Positions 19,342-33,490 of a DNA stretch of 64,000 nt are shown piece by piece. The stretch's first letter is position 1. Each line of letters opens with the position of its first letter. Below the pieces are notes generated by a model. It was not told the DNA's origin and ran no database searches. It saw only the letters and a program-made list of their open reading frames with translations. Origin of the DNA: Convolutriloba macropyga (taxonomy: Eukaryota); the NCBI RefSeq assembly GCF_964194025.1, contig NC_134475.1, positions 19,158,001 through 19,222,000 on the forward strand. Reading direction: 5' to 3'. The translations under genes and the position numbers were made by a program.

Positions 19342-22294
19342 CAACAAGGATGCTCGGTAATGTGCGTAAGCACATAATGTTCCGACCCCGCTCATCCACA
19401 TTCTTAACTTAATTGGCTACCAAATGATGAAGAGATCAAAAACATAGATATCGTTCAATAAACAACAAATGGAATATAATAATGCCACGCTAGAGGGCCG
19501 ATGACAGTTTTTGATAATAGAACTACTAAAAAGGACCATTAAAAAAATCATGAAACAAACATTATTTACAACCACAACTCGATGTCTACAATAAAAGAAA
19601 TCATAAAATCAAACTCGCGTCAGATAAAATCTAAACAAAACAGTTTAATCTATTGGATCTCATGCGACTGGTTAACAGGTCGATAAAAAGTGAAAAATAG
19701 CAAAGAGGTGCAAAGTTAAAAAATACGTTTCTATTTTTGAAAACAGTTAACTTCACAGTTAATGTCATTAGATATCACCTGAAGTCACCGATTTTTTCAT
19801 GTATATCTCCAAAGCAAGCAATTGAGATATACCAGAATCCAATCTTCAATTGCGCAAAAATTTAAAGCCAATGGGACTTACGATTTTTGTTATAAAACCA
19901 AAAAGAAAACCAAAATAGAAAATCCTCTAAAATGTACAAATATCTAAAAATCTCAAACATTTTGAAGTCTCGTAGGAAAAGTAGTAAAAACCCAAGGATC
20001 GAAAGTTTGAAGCTATAACTGTTACCAGGGTTAATTTATAGCTCACTGCAAACGGGTTGTGACATGTGTTTACAAAGACTGAACTACAATTTGACAAAAA
20101 AAACTATTTTAAAAAATGACAAAGCTCAAAAACCCAAATTTGTTTTGGAAACAAATATTTCCAAAGGTCATAACAGATTTAAGATTTCAACAAAAATTGG
20201 GCCTACTAATAATGAGACCACGCCACGACCCAATGAGACAAAATAACAAATACATAACAACCACACAAAGAAGCCAAAACTTCAAACAATTTTACATCAC
20301 ACTCTTCAAGGCACTATACTTATAAGATGTTACTCGTAAGAACTGTAATTCATCTATTACTCCTCATCCTAACATCAATGAGGCTTCCCCATAAAAGGAC
20401 AACGTAGACACGACAACAAAAAGAAACCTGAAAATTGAACAGTATATAAATCTCGAAAAATTTTATTTAAAATAAATGGTCGAAGCAATCAGTCACAACG
20501 TATAACAAAGCGCAATAAAAGTGGATGAATCATCACACGTAACTAAGACTAATAATCAGTGTTATTGAGTTACATGGTGACCAAATTGAAAGCCAAAAGA
20601 TACAGTTGAAAAAAACTGTTTTAAGAAATTCAATTTGAAATTCTTTAAAACAAACAGCTATAAACTGAAATCTTTATCTAGGTGGAGTTATACGTCCTGG
20701 GGAAGCAATTGGGACCTATCGTTATCAGGTGTATGGCGGACAACAACAAAAGGTAAGAGAAACATAGAAAAAACAACAACAAATCCACAAAAATTTGCTG
20801 TATAACTTTAACTCAGCCCAAAAAGCATAAACTATTCAACAAAAACAATTAATATATACAGATACGCATTTTTCAACGCTGTTCAATTTTCCTACTATGT
20901 TTTCTTTCAATTAGATTTGCCAACAATGTGATAATTCGAGAAGGAAACGAAATGGACTCATAAAAATGCAATTATGCTCAAAAATGAAAATGAAATTTTT
21001 TTTTGAAAACACGTAGTATCAAAACAAGGAAAACAAAAATTGAATATAAAATTGTTGCCAACAATAATATATAACTCACACGGAATTGTTGTTTGCCTGT
21101 TTTTACTAAGTCGCCCGAAATTGAGAGAAATAAGATAAAATAGTGGCAAATTTCAAAGACTCACCGATCTTTTCTTAAAACAAATATATTCAAAGTCATA
21201 AGAGACTTTAGATAACAACTGAATGAATTTTCTAGGTTCATCTATACCTAAAAAATTAGCTGCATCTTTGACTGGGGACACTCAGTCGTTGGGCTACAAA
21301 AAGTATAACAAATGAAAGCAAAACTCAAGAAGTCTATAAAATTTTTACGAAAACAATTGGTCAAAGCCATAAAAATCATGAGCTCAACTATTAAAACATA
21401 TTAAAATTTCGTTGGACATCTTTTTTGCAAATAGAATTTGTCATTAAATCAGCCCTGATTTGAGATTCCTATCAGCAATTTACATAAAACCATTTACATA
21501 GCTGAAATGATTTGAAAAAAAGGTCAAGCCCCATTTAAATCTAAAAAATTTTTTATCTTACGGATCCACGGTGAGAACAAGATCAGCCCAGATATTGCTG
21601 CGCATCTAACAAAACAATCAGTTGTTCAAATGATTGCGAAATAGATCAATTTTTAAACGAAATTTTTAGTTCGTCAAAAAAAATAATGTTTTATTTGTAA
21701 TTATCGAGTTTAAGTTTGCAAAAAACTTGCAAAATTATGATCCAGAAGACTCATAAAGCCAGCGGGGTTACAATTAGATCCTTTCTGAGCTTAAGAAGAT
21801 TTCCACCGCATTTTTAAGGTTTCTACTTCCAGCAAATTTAAAGCAGGTGGGCTAAAAAAACAAATGTCATATTTTTCTCGAAAAAAATGTAGCATAAAAT
21901 CTAGCATCTTGATTTTTGAAAAATTTCGCATAAATTCTAGCCAAAAAACTCGGATGGAAGAACTCAGCAACCCCCTTTTATCTTAAGAGATGAAATAAAA
22001 AGCAGTACGGTTAAAAATTTTTCATTTTTGCAAAATTGACAAAAATTTGGTCAAAAATACTGAAAATGTGAATAAAAACAGCAATTATTCACAAACCCTT
22101 AAACCTCGATAACTCCCTATAAAAAGCGAAAAATGAAAAAATCTTTTTAATTCCTTATTTGACGCTGAACTTGCTTTCTAATGATACCACTCACAACTGT
22201 CTACGATGATTATATCCATCGGCCAAAATTGACTGAACAAAAAAACCCATTTAAATATATAGTTACTCCCCCCACAATTGGGGTCGGAGCAATT
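19342..22294 (-). mobile_element. HINE-like family B element
   Basis: Subterminal inverted repeat TTCCGACCCC / GGGGTCGGA; hairpin ATGTGC-GTAA-GCACAT near the 3' end; shared GATACCACTCACAACT...CTACGAT block; non-coding. Confidence 0.75.
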
Positions 22295-23282
22295 ATACGA
22301 CACAGATAGATCAGTTTAATAGCTTCGAAGTCAAGAAAAGTCAGTAAATTGCTTTAAGTGAGCCAGGGAAATTAAATTTCTAGAGGTTTTGAGTTAGCTT
22401 TTATTGATGCCGCACTTCAGTTGTGTTATATGGCGTGATGTCATCATATTTTACCCTCACCTCACGCCCATTCAATTAAGCTAAAGCTAGCCTTACTAAA
22501 CCGTGGCGAGCTACTGACGAATGCAAGCTACTGATAAAGTCAGAACAAAAGAAATGGTCAAAACACAATAAACAAACAAAATACTTTTCGGGATTAAACA
22601 GTAAAGTTTTGACGATGTTACATAAATTAGAGCAATTGTGGTTTTGGAAGCATAAAGTCCACCGGTCGAGGGATTGTATGTGGACACCCGTTCACAATCT
22701 TGTTGTTCTTTCCGCGATTTTTCAAAAATTCTGCGCTGAAAATTCGTTTTGTACAGTTTTTGGGGCCTTACAAATCTTTGTGTTTCTTTGGAGCGGTATT
22801 GTGCTTCTCCTGAAACAGGCGACTATTAAGAGCAGTTATTGACAATTTGTTTTGAAAAAGATTGATTTTCCCAATTCAAGTCTTTCGATTTTGATTATGA
22901 GTTCTCCAACGTACATATGTTGACAAAATTTTCAACCATCCTATTGCTATATTCAGTAGTATGCTGCTTCTGGCAGAGGAAGAACTACGTTTTTTAGCGC
23001 TCTCTTTGAATTAATTGTTTTTTCTCGTGTTTTTGAGCAAATTATTTTTGTCAGAAATGTTTCGGCTGTTGTGCTTTCGCAAACTTATAGAAATTGATTT
23101 GTCAAGTCGACCGCAGTTATCATAATTCGATTATCATTTGAAAAAAACACAAACACGTGAATTGTAAATTCGGAATCATGTAATTGGCAGACTCCAAAAG
23201 TTTGAGCGCTATATAAACTTTAGCGCGCATTTATCAGAGAAAAATTTATGCGTGCACCAACAACAAATTTAATTTAAAATGT

Positions 23283-26242
23283 AACAACAAGGATGCTCGG
23301 TAATGTGCGTAAGCACATAATGTTCCGACCCCGCTCATCCACATTCTTAACTTAATTGGCTACCAAATGATGAAGAGATCGAAAACATAGATATCGTTCA
23401 ATAAACAACCGATGGAATATAATAATGCCACGCTAGAGGGCCGATGACAGTTTTTGATAATTGAACTACTAAAAAGGACCATTAAAAAAATCATGAAACA
23501 AACATTTTTTACGACCACAACTCGATGTCTACAATAAAAGAAATCATAACAAAATCAAACTCGCGTCAGATAAAATCTAACAAAAACAGTTTAATCTATG
23601 GAAAAATTTTGGGACCAGTTCTCAATGCGACTGGTTAACAGGTCGATAAAAAGTGAAAAAATAGCAAAGAGGTGCAAAGTTTAAAAATACGTTTCTATTT
23701 TGAAAACAATTAACTTCACAGTTATTAATGTCATTAGATATCACCTGAAATCACCGAAATTTTCATTTATATCTCGATAGCAAGCAATTCAGACATACCA
23801 GAATCAAATCTTCAATTGCGCAAAAATTTAAAGCCAATGGGACTTACGATTTTTGTTATAAAACTAAAAAGAAAACCAAAATAGAAAATCCTCTAAAATG
23901 TACAAATATCTAAAAATCTCAAACATTTTGAAGTCTCGTAGGAAAAATAGTAAAAAACCCAAGGATCGAAAGTTTGAAGCTATAACTGTTACCAGGGTTA
24001 ATTTATAGCTCACTGCAAACGGGTTGTGACATGTGTTTACAAAGACTGAACTACAATTTGACAAAAAAGAACTATTTTAAAAAATGACAAAGCTCAAAAA
24101 CCCAAATTTGTTTTGGAAACAAACATTTCCAAAGGTCATAACAGATTTAAGATTTCAACAAAAATTGGGCCTACTAATAATGAGACCACGCCACGACCCA
24201 ATGAGACAAAATAACAAATACATAACAACCACACAAAGAAGCCAAAACTTCAAACAATTTTACGACATCACACTCTTCAAGGCACTATACTTATAAGATG
24301 TTACCCGTAAGAACTGTAATTCATCTTTTTCTCCTCGTCCTAACACCAATGAGGCTTCCCTATAAAAGGACAACGTAGACACGACAACAAAAAGAAACCT
24401 GAAAAATGAACAGTATATAAATCTCGAAAAATTTTATTTAAAATAAATGGTCGAAGCAATCAGTCACAACGTATAACAAAGCGCAATAAAAGTGGATGAA
24501 TCATCACACGTAACTAAGACTAATAATCAGTGTTATTGAGTTACATGGTGACCAAATTGAAAGCCAAAAGAGACAGTTGAAAAAAACTGTTTTAAGAAAT
24601 TCAATTTGAAATTCTTTAAAGCAAACAGCTATAAACTGAAATCTTTATCTAGGTGGAGTTATACGTCCTGGGGAAGCAATTGGGACCTATCGTTATCAGG
24701 TGTATGGCGGACAACAACAAAAGGTAAGACAAACATAGAAAAAACAACAACAAATCCACAAAAATTTGCTGGATATTTTTAACTCAGCCCAAAAAGCATA
24801 AACTATTCAACAAAAACAATTAATATATACAGATACGCATTTTTCAACACTGTTCAAATTTCCTACTATGTTTTCTTTCAATTAGATTTGCCAACAATGT
24901 GATAATTCGAGAAGGAAACGAAATGGACTCATAAAAATTGCAATTATGCTCAAAAATGAAATTTTGAAAACGCGTAGTATCAAAACAAGGAAAACAAAAA
25001 TTGAATATAAAATCGTTTCCAACAATAATATTTTACTCACACGGAATTGTTGTTTGACTGTTTTTACTAAGTCGCCCGAAATTGAGAGAAATAAGATAAA
25101 ATAGTGGCAAATTTCAAAAACTCACCGATCTTTTCTTAAAACAAATATATTCAAAGTCATAAGAGACTTTAGATAACAACTGAAAGAATTTTCTAGGTTC
25201 ATTTATACCTCCTAAAAAATTAGCTGCATCTTTGACTGGGGACACTCAGTCGTTGGGCTACAAAAAGTATAACAAATGAAAGCAAAACTCAAGAAGTCTA
25301 TAAAATTTTTACGAAAACGATTGGTCAAAGCCATAAAAACCATGAGCTCAACTCTTAAAACATATTAAAATTTCGTTGGACATCTTTTTTGCAAATAGAA
25401 TTTGTCATTAAATCAGCCCTGATTTGAGATTCTTGTCAGCAATTTACATAAAACCATTTACATAGCGGAAATGATTTGAAAAAAAGGTCGCGCCCCATTT
25501 AAATCTAAAAATTTTTTTATCTTACGGATCCACGGTGAGATCAAGATCAGCCCAGATATTGCTGCGCGTCTAACAAAACAATCAGTTGTTCAAATGATTG
25601 CGAAATAGATCAATTTTTAAACGAAATTTTCAGTTTGTCAAAAAAAATTATGTTTTATTTGTAATTATCGAGTTTAAGTTTGCAAAAAACTTGCAAAATT
25701 ATGATCCAGAAGACTCATAAAGCCAGCGGGTTTACAATTAGATCCCTTCTGAGCTTAAGAAGATTTCCACCGCATTTTTAAGGTTTCTACTTCCAGCAAA
25801 TTTAAAGCAGGTGGGCTAAAAAAACAAATGTCATATTTTTCTCGAAAAATCTGATTTTTGAAAAATTTAGCATAAATTCTAGCCAAAAAACTCGGATGGA
25901 AGAACTCAGCAACCCCCTTTTATCTTAAGAGATGAAATAAAAAGCAGTACGGTTAAAAATTTTTCATTTTTGCAAAATTGACAAAAATTTGGTCAAAAAT
26001 ACTGAAAATGTGAATAAAAACAGCAATTATTCACAAACCCTTAAACCTCGATAACTCCCTATAAAAAGCGAAAAATGAAAAAATCTTTTTATTTCCTCAT
26101 TCGACGCTGAACTTGCTTTCTAATGATACCACTCACAACTCTCTACGATGATTATATCGATCGGCCAAAATTGACTGAACAAAAAAAACCCCATTTGAGT
26201 ATATAGTTCCTCCCTCCCCACTAAAGTGGGGGTCGGAACAAT
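23283..26242 (-). mobile_element. HINE-like family B element (duplicate copy)
   Basis: Same termini and body as 19342-22294. Confidence 0.75.
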
Positions 26243-28090
26243 AAAGGCAATATGTCGACGTGCTTTCCAGCAGCCCTTGTAAATTTTTCTGTGTTTCCTG
26301 GCATTAGGCGCGTATGGTTTCTTTACATAGCGCGCAAGCTAAAACTTTCTGGCAATTCTTTCAACTTTTTTTTTGTTGGGTTTAGATTTTTGAATTGAAA
26401 GGCCTTTTATTTTTTAAAGGTTTTTTTACTGTATGGTATTGGCATTCGGTAGTGTTATGAAGACAAACACTCCGCCTGTAAAAAGTGCAAAAATAAATAT
26501 TCCTAATTTTTGAATTGATTGTCTTATGTACGTTAATGTTGTAATATACGGTAATGTTATATGTAATGTTGGGGTAAAATTTTCCACCTGCTGTTCACGA
26601 AACAGATTTTTTTGGCTTTCATTCCGTTGGATATTTGAATTTGTTAAATTTTTGAATTTGACAAAAGCGAAATGCAAAGACAGGAAGAACGATAATACGC
26701 GTCCGAAAACGTCGATGACGAAATGTTTTCAAAAACTTGATTTGGAAATGGTTTCCATTACTGAAATTTGTTTTTAGCCCTACCTTGCAGCCAGTTTTTT
26801 CCTCGGAGCCTGTTGTAACAAGTTTTTGGGTTGAATAAATACCTTGTGCTGCATTGAATATCACCTTAATGCACTGATGCTATGCATTGTTGTTGTTTTT
26901 TAAGAGGTTCCTTTCCTTTTTGTTTCTGTAGGTCTTCATGAGTTTGAAAAGTCTCATTGTATTGAGCTTGATTGCCAGTGAATTGATTGGATGGCATTTT
27001 TTGACTTGTCCTTCAAAGTTTTTTTTATGTATTTCTCTTTCTGACGAACAGTTGGTCGCTCTCAAGAAGTCACACTTTCTTTCGAGACTACTACCAACAA
27101 CATTGAAAATCGCGTCTGACGTCATTTGCTACTCCTTGTATAAGTTTTAAGGTCAATTGCGTGATAAATGGTTAATCCTAAATTTGATTCGAAAGTAAAG
27201 ATCGAGGTGGAATTTTTTTGCGTAGCACGTATTTTGTGCTTGGTGTTAGAGATTTCTCTTCTCTTGAAAAGTCTCTTGGACTAATTCGAAAAAAATCATC
27301 AGACTATTGAAGAGGTTGATTAATACAAAAAAGGTGCGAATGGAAGCGCTTTCACCGCAAATTAGTGAAAATATCTTGTCATATACAGCACCAGCACATC
27401 TCTAATAGTTTTGTAATCACGTCCTAAAAATGCACCTAGTGCATTTGTTTCATTCGCAATTTCGAATAAAGAGAGCTTCTACTTTCGAGCACAAGACTTT
27501 TCTGGTATTCAAAGTGAGTGGCATCCCAAATCAGTAAAATCGATTATAGAGGAAAACAAAGCAATCATCTAAAAATGAAAATTCGGATTTTGGCGTTCTT
27601 CAAATTTCTACTTTGTTAAACGTCGACAACCGCTGTGATCATCTACACCACACAAGATATATCATCCGAAAAATTAGACCATTAAAAAATTGAATAAATG
27701 CGAGGGTGTCGCAAATGAAACAATTTTCGAAAATTATTCTAGGAGAGTATTCAATGATCAAAAACCTTTGTGTAAGATCGGAAATTGAAAGTATAACAAC
27801 AGGTGAGCGGTCCAGTCACGACCAGTCTTTCGTTGGAATATAAAAGCAGAGAAGACTCGGTCTTAAAGGAGTTCAAAGGTTCAACTCGAGTTTTTAACGA
27901 ATCACTGCAGTCTATCGTTATCAGTAGATAAGCAAAATTCCATGTTGCCTTTGTTCTCTTTGAAATTTTTTGTTAGAATACAATCCACCAAAAATAAATT
28001 ACATTTTTATGAATGGTTGTAATAGGTCTTTGTTACAGCAGAAAGAGATCCTTATAGTTTGCATGAATAGAATTCCTTTGAAAGATCAAT

Positions 28091-30551
28091 ATGAATCATC
28101 AACAAGCCCAGATGATGAGAAACCGATCCATGGTGCCTCCAAATGCTGCTCAAGTTCCTCCAAATCAAAACATTTCAATTGCTAATATGCCACAGTATTA
28201 CGATCAAAACCCACCCAATACAAATCAACTCCCGATGTCTGCGTCAATGCAAACAAATCTCCAACCTGGTATGGGTCAGTACCAACAGCAGCCTGCAAAT
28301 ATTAGCAATGTTCCACAAAGCCAATCACATTTAGGTGGTCAGTCGCAGCATCAGCAACAGCAGCAACAGTCTACTAATGTGCAAGGTCACCCTAATTCCT
28401 CGTCAAGTCATGGTGCAAGTCAGAATACCACGTCCTCAAGTGGCAGTGATTCGAACGCAGCTAAAGCAACCGACGTTGTTAATAGATTGAAAGTTTTATC
28501 TGATCGACATTTGAAAGATTCCTTGAGCAAGTTGATGACGTGTTGTGTGATGGCTGTGAATAACCAAGGAGGGAGAGATAATGGTGCTACTGACGTGAGT
28601 TCTAGCACCAGTGGAAGTGCAGTGACTTCGTCCTCGGGTGGTGAAAAGGACCCCGCGAACGAATACAGCAACGTCGCTTTGGGTCAAGCTGCCGAAGAAT
28701 GCATGGTGAGTTTTAGTTTTTCCAGTAGTTAAAGTTTGGTAAATATAAGGAGGGTATCAGAGGGAATTATATCAGTGTGTATATTGTTGTTATAAAGAAA
28801 TATTCAGAAAAGATTTTTATGGTGGAAACTGAGTGGATGAATCCCTGGCAATTCTAAGGTTTCTTTATTAGTAGCCGGAAAGCGATAGCGAAGCAATTGT
28901 TGCTCTTACCGTAGATTTTTTTCAAATGCAAAGAATTTGAATTGTTTTGGGGAGCTGTCTTTTGAATCGAAGAGTATGCTTTCTACGGGTTTTTTTTAAA
29001 ACCGGAAGTACTACATTCAAGTGGCGTTTTGACCTTAAAAGCGAAAGTGAGTAAATTTATAGTGTGAACTAGCATCTTCTGAGCTAGATAACTGTTTTGT
29101 TCACTGTACTTGTTGAGTAAATGAGTTTTTGACTTCGAATAGTTCCTCCAAAAGAAGGTGCATTTAGCTAACCGTTTTAGCCGTTTTTCGTCGAGTTAGC
29201 TTATTTTTTGGAAAAAAATAATATTTGATCCAGGCTGAAGATATGCAGATGTTCTCTGCAGTTCATTTTACGGAGCCCAGTAATACGTTCCAAGAAAAAA
29301 ATGGCTAAATTTTGTTTTTTTTTTCAATAAGTGACCTTTTTCTTTAATCAGTATGGCAAGGACATTTTATTAAATTTACCATTGCTCTCCTGAGTTTTTG
29401 TATTTACATGAGTTACTTTTCTTTTTTAAAAAAATAAATTTATATATATTTTTCTTATAATGTTTTTGGTTCAACTAGAATAAACATTTGCATGCACCGC
29501 CAATTTTGTGTTGCTGATAATCCAATTGTTTTTTAAGTGCGTAAAATTCAATGGAAAAAGGTTCAAAATGTTGTTCAAACATTATTCTGACATTTTTGGC
29601 ATTTGATCTTAGCTATGTACACATTGTCTTATTGAGTCAAGATAATGAACTCACATTGGTTTAATGAATAAGGAGAAAAGCCGTGGCTGAATGAAGAATT
29701 TTACCTTTTTCTATTTTGTTTTCTTGTTGTTTTTCAAATTGTTTAAGAGCTTACTATTTTTTTGCTAAGTGTTCGTAATCTATTCTTAACATTTTTGGAT
29801 GCTGTTTGTTTCTTTCAAATAAAATCTGTTTAGCATAGTGACCATAATGTTGAGTCTTAATTGCTCTGCATTATCAGCATTTAACAATTTCTTCAATTTG
29901 CATTCCTTTTTGTTGAAATTTTCAGTAATGTAGTGCAATATAATGTAATGTCGTCCTAAGAATGCGATGGGATTAGCATTTCATTTTGAGAGTTTTCATT
30001 TTGGCTTTCAATTTCAATCTTTTTCTTTTTATTTTGCATTCCGTATTCATTTTCGAATTAATTGAAGTAAGAAGTCACCGATACTGGAATTCGAAATATT
30101 GGTCAAGCTCTTTCAACAGTTTCAAAAAGAGTTCTAGAAATCAATGATTTTTGCTTCCTTTCAAATACAATTCTTAAATTTGCTTGTAATGAGTCGTTGC
30201 TCAAATTGATAATCCCTTTAGGCATTGCTGGACCAAATTGAAATGAACCTGCAATTATCTATCGACTGGACAAATCAGCTTAAAATCATGGACAAATTCT
30301 GCTCACCTCAAATGAGTCAATTATCTCCTCAGGATCAACAATACAGAAATATTACTACCGAAGATTTCCTCAGTGGCTACGCTGTCCATAAAGAGTACTC
30401 CGACAAAATGACAGCAACTATTGATGATTTTTTCAAGCAACTTTCTTCGATATCATCTAATGAGCATTTGTCATCGACTGATGGAATGGGAACTACTGAT
30501 AGTCATGATTCAAACAATGTCAACAGTTTTGCGTGTTCGGCTCTGCTTTGA
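28091..30551 (+). CDS. MED29: Mediator subunit 29 (Intersex); exons 28091-28705 and 30222-30551 (about 314 aa)
   Basis: Q/N/P-rich N-terminus, then DVVNRLKVL...LKDSLSKLM...EECM|ALLDQIEMNLQL, matching the MED29 core; GTGAGT donor at 28706, TTTAG acceptor at 30221, phase 0. Confidence 0.8.
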
Positions 30552-30959
30552 AAACGTAATGAACTGTTTTTGTCTTTCTATTTTGTTTAGATTTGTTTTG
30601 ATTCCAAAATTGAACTGATGTTTCGATTTTTTTTCAATCAGAGCGTAAGATAAATTGTTAATGTAGGCCTTTTTATGCGTGCTTATTCCGCTGACCGATA
30701 TCCTTCTTCGATTAAATTTTTTGTGATGATTTTTAATAATGAATTTGACGTTTTTAAATTCAATATCTGATCGTTTTTACTGGTTCTAACCCATTGAGAG
30801 CAGTCCTTCTAACAATAGTCACTCATACCAAGGAAGCGGAAGAGCTCCTGCAACTGTTACCGGTTACTTATCAGTTAGGGGTGATCTGTTGTCCAATTAT
30901 ACCAATTTACGGTGAGAATTATTGTTTTGATTTCTAACACTTGGACATAGAAAGCGTTA

Positions 30960-31427
30960 TTAATTGCTCTCAAAAGTAGTTTGTTGCAATTATTAATTGC
31001 TCTCAAATGAAGTTTTTAAGCAATTATATTATTTCTGGTTTTGTACACGATTTTTCGCTTGACCGATTTTTCGTCTGACCCTTTAACTTTTCCTTAAAAA
31101 CGGGTTAAACCTGTAAAGACAGGAGGGCATTGAGTGATTGAGCAGCTCTCTTAGGGCCTTACTAGTCTCTGAGTATGCTATTCACCAAAACTGTTTCTAG
31201 GAGACTTTCATGGTGTGAAGGGAGGTTCCTTATCTTAAAATTTTGACCCCTCAGTCACGCCCCCCACCAATTTTCCACCGGGCCTCCCTCCACCTGGAAA
31301 TTTGGACCCCCTCTCGTGCAGCCCTCCCAACCCTGCCCCAACGCTTGCCCACCCTACTACAGAAGCTAACCGTTAGCCTGTCGTTTGAGAGCAATTCGCG
31401 CTGCATTCGTCGGTTATGTTTTTTTTA
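30960..31427 (+). mobile_element. HINE-like family A copy with C-rich core and doubled 5' end
   Basis: TAATTGCTCTCAAA...GCAATTA twice in tandem; 3' TCGTTTGAGAGCAATT...GTCGGTTATGTTTT. Confidence 0.75.
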
Positions 31428-31599
31428 GCCATATGGTCTTTACGGGTAGTATGGATCTGAGTATTTGTCCTAAACTATTCTCATAGTCAGTTATTAATTG
31501 CTTTTCTTGAAACCTTTTTAAGACACCATAAGTTACGAGAAAACGGAAAGTATATATACTGAGCATTTGAGAGATATGTGATTACATTTCAACAGGTAT

Positions 31600-33490
31600 T
31601 GGAAATGTCTCAACCTTACCGGAGATCAAGCAAAAATACAACGGAAAAGCATAATTGGAAACGGAAAAGCATAAAAGCATAATAAAAGCAAGAAAGAAAT
31701 ATTATGAACAGAAGTTCCCAAAATGCATCGGAGACACATGAAAAGTTTATAGATTATAGATTTTTAAATGAACTTGAGGGGGTTGCTTCTAGAAACAGTA
31801 GCCTTCCTTACCTACTGCAAGATGGTCGACGAACTGATGAGAACCTAAAAATTCCAAACGAGCTTAAAACTGTTTTTGTACGTATTGGACAAAAACTAAA
31901 GGAACACAACCCAAATGAGATCTGTTTTGGTTGTTTAGTTAATAATTTGACGAGTGTGTGGTTTAATTTAAAAAATTGCACAAAAATTTTGCAATTAATC
32001 CAGAATCTTAAAAAATAGTCATCTTCGGGAGTTAATGATGTCAGTCCATTTTTAATGGAGAAAACAAGATCCTTAAATTGTAAGCATCTTGTTCATCTTA
32101 TAAATAAGTCTCTTTTAAACACTAATTTCCCGAGTATTCTGAAACAAGCTGAAATTGTGCTTCATCATAAAGAAGAGGCGAAAGATGAAATAAACAACTA
32201 CAGAGTGATCTAACTTTTCATTGTGTGAAGTAAAATTTTTGAACGCGTTATGTATAGTGTAATATACGCGTACGTTGAAACGTTCGATTTAATTCATCGT
32301 AGTTATTCATCCTAGCACAACTGATACCCTTGCTAAATTAAAGGAAACTGTTTGTGAGAACCATGAGCAACCACATTTTCGGTGACTTAAAAAAGCCTTT
32401 GATACAACTGACTACAAGATCCTTTTAAAGCTTGATCTATTTGGTGTAAGAGGGGTTTGCCTAAGTTGGATTAGTGATTTTTTCGAAAAGAAAGAGTTGT
32501 GTATCAGTCAATAATTGCATTTCCAGCTGGCTAAAGCCATTCTGTGGTGGTCTACAAGGCTCAATTCTCGGTCCACTGTTTTTTATATACATAAATGATC
32601 TACCAGACGTGTGTCAAGTCTGCAGAACTTCTCTTCACAGATGATGCCAACTTAACAACAGACTACAGTGATTTTGAATCAATACAAAAGGATTTGCGCA
32701 ATGTAGAGAAATGTCTCACTGAGAAAAAGCTGTCCCTTAATCCTAAAAAGTTATCAAATGAATATAAAAATAGGTAACAGTGCCTCTAATATCATTGTTT
32801 TTCAGTTTTTGAAATAATTTTTGTAATATAGTTGAATCTGAAATCTGCATGTATCTTGGAGTGCGTTTGGATAAATAGTTGAAATTTTCAGAGAGTTTTT
32901 AAGTTGAAATTGTCATTGATTCAGTGTGGAATAGTGTCAAAATTAAAGTATTATGTTTCCAAAAGCGTTCTACTCCGGTTTTTTCATCAAACACAAACCG
33001 ATCATTCAATACGGTGTGTTGATATATGGATCTGTCGAGTTTACCGCCCTTGAAACAGTGGTTCATTTGCAGAAATAAATTTTAAGAAATGCACTGAAAG
33101 TTTAACTGACCCGTCTTGTGAAATAAAAGAATATAACCGCGCACGAATTGCACGTTTAAGAACTCCCTAAGTTAGCAATTAAATAAGTGAATAAATTGCA
33201 CACAGATACTTATATCAATGAATTGTTTACTTTTGAATCCCGGTCAAACAATTCAACACAAAGATGTTTGAAATTGTTGTTGAGATTACCAAACCCTGAA
33301 CGAAAATTCGAACAGATTTCACTGATATACAGAGGTGGCATATTACTTACTTTTTTAAATGGAAAGCAATGTGTTGCCATCAATTAGTAATCAGCTTTCG
33401 GAAAATTTGTTTGTCAGTTTGGTGCGCAAGCTCATGGGTAACTACATTTTGTCGAATTTTGAGTTAACAAAAACAATCTTACTGATACCT
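31600..33490 (+). pseudogene. Decayed non-LTR retrotransposon (LINE) reverse transcriptase
   Basis: Fragments (D)LKKAFDT at about 32385, GLQGSILGPLFFIYINDLP at about 32548, LFTDD (YADD equivalent) at about 32631, YLGV at about 32851 and QYGVLIYG at about 33007, with many stops and frameshifts. Confidence 0.85.

Larger units (their letters stand above)
18452..26242. repeat. Recent tandem duplication of about 3.85 kb (about 18452-22294 and 22398-26242)
   Basis: Both copies start CTTTTATTGATGCCGCACTTCAG, are nearly identical throughout (e.g. ORFs 20116 and 24084) and diverge right after GGGGTCGGARCAAT. Confidence 0.95.

Noticed and set aside
20064-24296. Repeated ORFs of about 70 aa (20116, 24084) as a gene pair
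   Set aside because: They are chance ORFs in the non-coding duplicated element.
26400-27900. Decayed transposase on the minus strand
   Set aside because: It has coding-like composition, but only short broken ORFs and no catalytic motif I can identify.
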